NCBI GenBank assembly: GCA_030390025.1
Contig: CM059431.1
Coordinates: 117,616,001 to 117,680,000, forward strand
Length of the DNA: 64,000 bases
Source of the DNA: Squalus acanthias
Lineage: Eukaryota
Reading direction: 5' to 3'
In this document: positions 61,296 to 64,000 of the stretch, piece by piece
Numbering within the stretch: position 1 is the stretch's first letter
Layout of the letters: every line of letters starts with the position of its first letter
The notes under the pieces: model-generated
The model's input: only the letters and a program-made list of their open reading frames with translations
What the model was told of the DNA's origin: nothing
The model's database searches: none
Position numbers and translations under genes: made by a program

Positions 61296-63372
61296 TTTTT
61301 TTTTATTCGTTCATGGGATATGGGCCTTGCTGGCAAGGCCAGCATTTATTGTCCATCCCTAATTGCCCTTGCGAAGGTGGTGGTGAGCCATCTTCTTGAA
61401 CCGCTGCAGTCTGTGTGGTAAAGGGATCTCAGTGGGGATCTCAGAGACGCCGCAATTGTGACTATCTTCAAGAAAGGTGACAAGTCCGATTGCGGTAATT
61501 ACAGAGGAGTTTCCCTGCTGTCTTCCACAGGGAAATTCATTGCAAGAATCCTCCTCAATCGTCTTCTCCCAGTGGCTGAAGAGCTCCTCCCAGAGTCACA
61601 ATGCGGATTCCGCCCACTAAGGGGCACAATGGACATGATCTTCACCGCACGTCAATTACAAGAGAAATGCAGGGAACAGCACCAACCGGCTGTACATGGC
61701 CTTCTTCGATCTCACAAAGACCTTCGACACTGTCAACCGTGAGAGATTATGGAGTGTCCTCTGCAAATTCGGCTGCCCTCAAAAGTTTGTCATCATCCTC
61801 CGCCTGTTTCACGACGACATGCAAGCCGTGATCCTGACGAACGGTTCCACCACAGACCCAATTCACGTACGAACCGGGGTCAAGCAAGGCTGTGTCATCG
61901 CACCAACGCTCTTCTTGATCTTCCTTGCTGCAATGCTCCATCTCACCTTCAGTAAGCTCCCCACTGGAGTGGAGCTAATTTACAGAACAAACGGGAAACT
62001 GTTCAACCTCCGTCACCTCCAGTCCAGATCCAAGGTCGTCCCATCCTCTGTCGTCGAATTACAGTATGCAGACGACGCTTGCGTCTGCACTCACTCGGAG
62101 GTCGAACTCCAAACCATCGTCAACACCTTCACCGAAGCGTACGAGAGCATGGGCCTTACACTAAACATCCGTAAGACAAAGGTCCTCTACCAACCTGAAC
62201 CACCACACAGTACTGCCCCCTGATTATCAAAATCCACGACAAGGCCTTGGACAACATGGACCACTTTCCATACCTCGGGAGCCTACTGTCAACAAGGGCA
62301 GACGTCGACGACGAAGTCCAACACCGCCTTCAGTGTGCCAGTGCAGCCTTCGGTCGCCTGAGGAAGAGAGTGTTTGAAGACCAGGACCTCAAACCCGGCA
62401 CTAAGCTCATGGTCTACAGAGCAGCAGTGATACCCACCCTGCTGTATGCCTCAGAGACATGGACTATGTACAGCAGGCACCTCAAAGCACTGGAGAGGTA
62501 CCACCAGCGCTGCCTCCGCAAGATCCTGCAAATCCATTGGCAGGATAGGCGCACCAACGTCTGTTTTCTTGCTCAGGCCAACATCGCCAGCATCGAAGCT
62601 TTGACCACACTCGATCAGCTCCGATGGACGGGTCACATTGTCCGCATGCCCGATACAAGACTCCCAAAACAAGCGCTCTACTTGGAGCTCTGGCACGGCA
62701 AGAGAGCCCCAGGTGGGCAGAGGAAACGCTTCAAGGACACCCTCAAAGCCTCCTTGAAAAAGTGTATCATCCCCACCGACACCTGGGAATCCCTGGCCCA
62801 AGACCGCACAAAGTGGAGGAGAAGCATCCGGGAAGGCGCCGAACACCTCGACTCTCTTCGCCGGGAGCAAGCGAAAGCCAAGCGCAGGCAGCGCAAGGAG
62901 CGCACGTCAACCCAAGCACCCCACCCACCTGCCCCTTCAACCACCGTCTGCCCCACCTGTGACAGAGACTGTAGGTCCCGCATTGGACTCATCAGTCACC
63001 TGCAAACTCATTTTTAATGTGGAAGCAAGTCATCCTCGGTTCTGAGGGACTGCCTAAGAGAAGAGAAGAAAGGTACTCCCACAGTGCTGTTAGGGAGGGA
63101 GTTCCAGGATTTTGACCCAGCGACGATGAAGGATCGGCGATATATTTCCAAGCCAAGATGGTGTGTGACTTGGAGTGGAACTTGGAGGTGGTGGTGTTCC
63201 CATGCGCCTGCTGCCCTTGTCCTTCTAGGTGGAAGAGGTCGCGGGTTTGGGAGGTGCTGCCGAAGAAGCCTTGGCGAGTTGCTGCAGTGCATCTTGTAGA
63301 TGGTACACACTGCAGCCACAGTATGCTGGTGGTGGAGGGAGTGAATGTTTAAGGTGATGGATGGGGTGCCAA
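61296..63372 (-). mobile_element. Second LINE family 3' end, split by the RTE insertion
   Basis: 61296-61424 and 63069-63372 join to match 46095-46520. Confidence 0.85.
61425..63068 (+). mobile_element. 5'-truncated RTE-clade LINE (RT + C-terminal C2H2-like motif)
   Basis: CGNYRGVSLLS, ESQCGFR, FFDLTKTFDTV, GVKQGCVIAP, YADD, CPTC...ISHLQTH. Two frameshifts, (AAGAG)n tail, AAAGG on both flanks. Confidence 0.92.
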
Positions 63373-63404
63373 TGTGTTGGGGTCACATTCCCCATATTTA
63401 TGTA

Positions 63405-63450
63405 AAATAACAACTGAAAATGCTGGAAACACTCAGGAGGTTAGGCAGAA
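63405..63450 (-). mobile_element. Short Penelope-like terminal remnant
   Basis: TAACAACTGAAAATGCTGGAAACACTCAG matches 56704-56732. Confidence 0.6.
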
Positions 63451-64000
63451 TATATCTTTAAACATCCCCTCGCCACACTCTCCCACCCATGAATCTGGTG
63501 GTGATGCTGCGGCCCAGGGCGGAACAGCACAAAAATCTCTTTGCCCAAAAAGTTGTATTTCCTTGGTGAAAATGTCTTTAATACATAGTAGAAATCTAAA
63601 TGTAACAAACTGTTGCTTAAAAGAGCAACCTCCTTTCCTTGACTAGTGACCAGTGATGTTGCTGCTTATATCAAAAACATTGGAAATGTACTAAACAGCT
63701 AGGAATGGTCTCACTCTCGTGGCTAGTCTGCCCTGGACAATATTAATAACAGTGTCTTTGGTGTCTGCCTACATATTTGTCATATAGCATGGTCAATTCC
63801 CAGTTCTGTGTCAAACGTAAGCATTAGACAAATGCTTCCCCTTGCATAATCTTATGTTAAGGCAACAGTAAAAATGTTCCAGCGTCCAAAAATATACTAG
63901 ATTATGTCCACCCTCTTGACAAGCAGACAGTACAAATTTATATGAAGCGTTAAAGAGGGAATTCAAGTTGCTCGTCTCCGAGAGCCATGTACTGCTTGTG

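Noticed and set aside
63405..63450. Second hammerhead ribozyme
   Set aside because: The Penelope-like remnant ends before the ribozyme core.

Overview
Eukaryotic, transposon-saturated vertebrate DNA, most likely a cartilaginous fish (inferred from a V-SINE with a CR1 tail, a Deu-domain SINE and shark-type CR1 3' tails). No host protein-coding gene could be identified. The window is dominated by at least two PIF/Harbinger DNA-transposon families. Each has a DDE transposase and a convergent, three-exon Myb/SANT-like gene, and occurs as two-gene copies, deletion derivatives and MITEs, often nested and bounded by short TIRs and 3-bp TSDs. Inserted into or between them are a full-length CR1 LINE (zinc-finger/leucine-zipper/esterase ORF1, APE-RT ORF2), several truncated CR1 and other LINE 3' ends, a young RTE LINE, three solo LTRs with 4-bp TSDs, a Gypsy-like remnant, Tigger-like ends and SINEs. 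A Penelope-like 3' end carries a minimal hammerhead ribozyme on the minus strand (56755-56791). Almost all ORFs are decayed. Boundaries backed by TIR/TSD or splice signals were counted by hand; the others are approximate.
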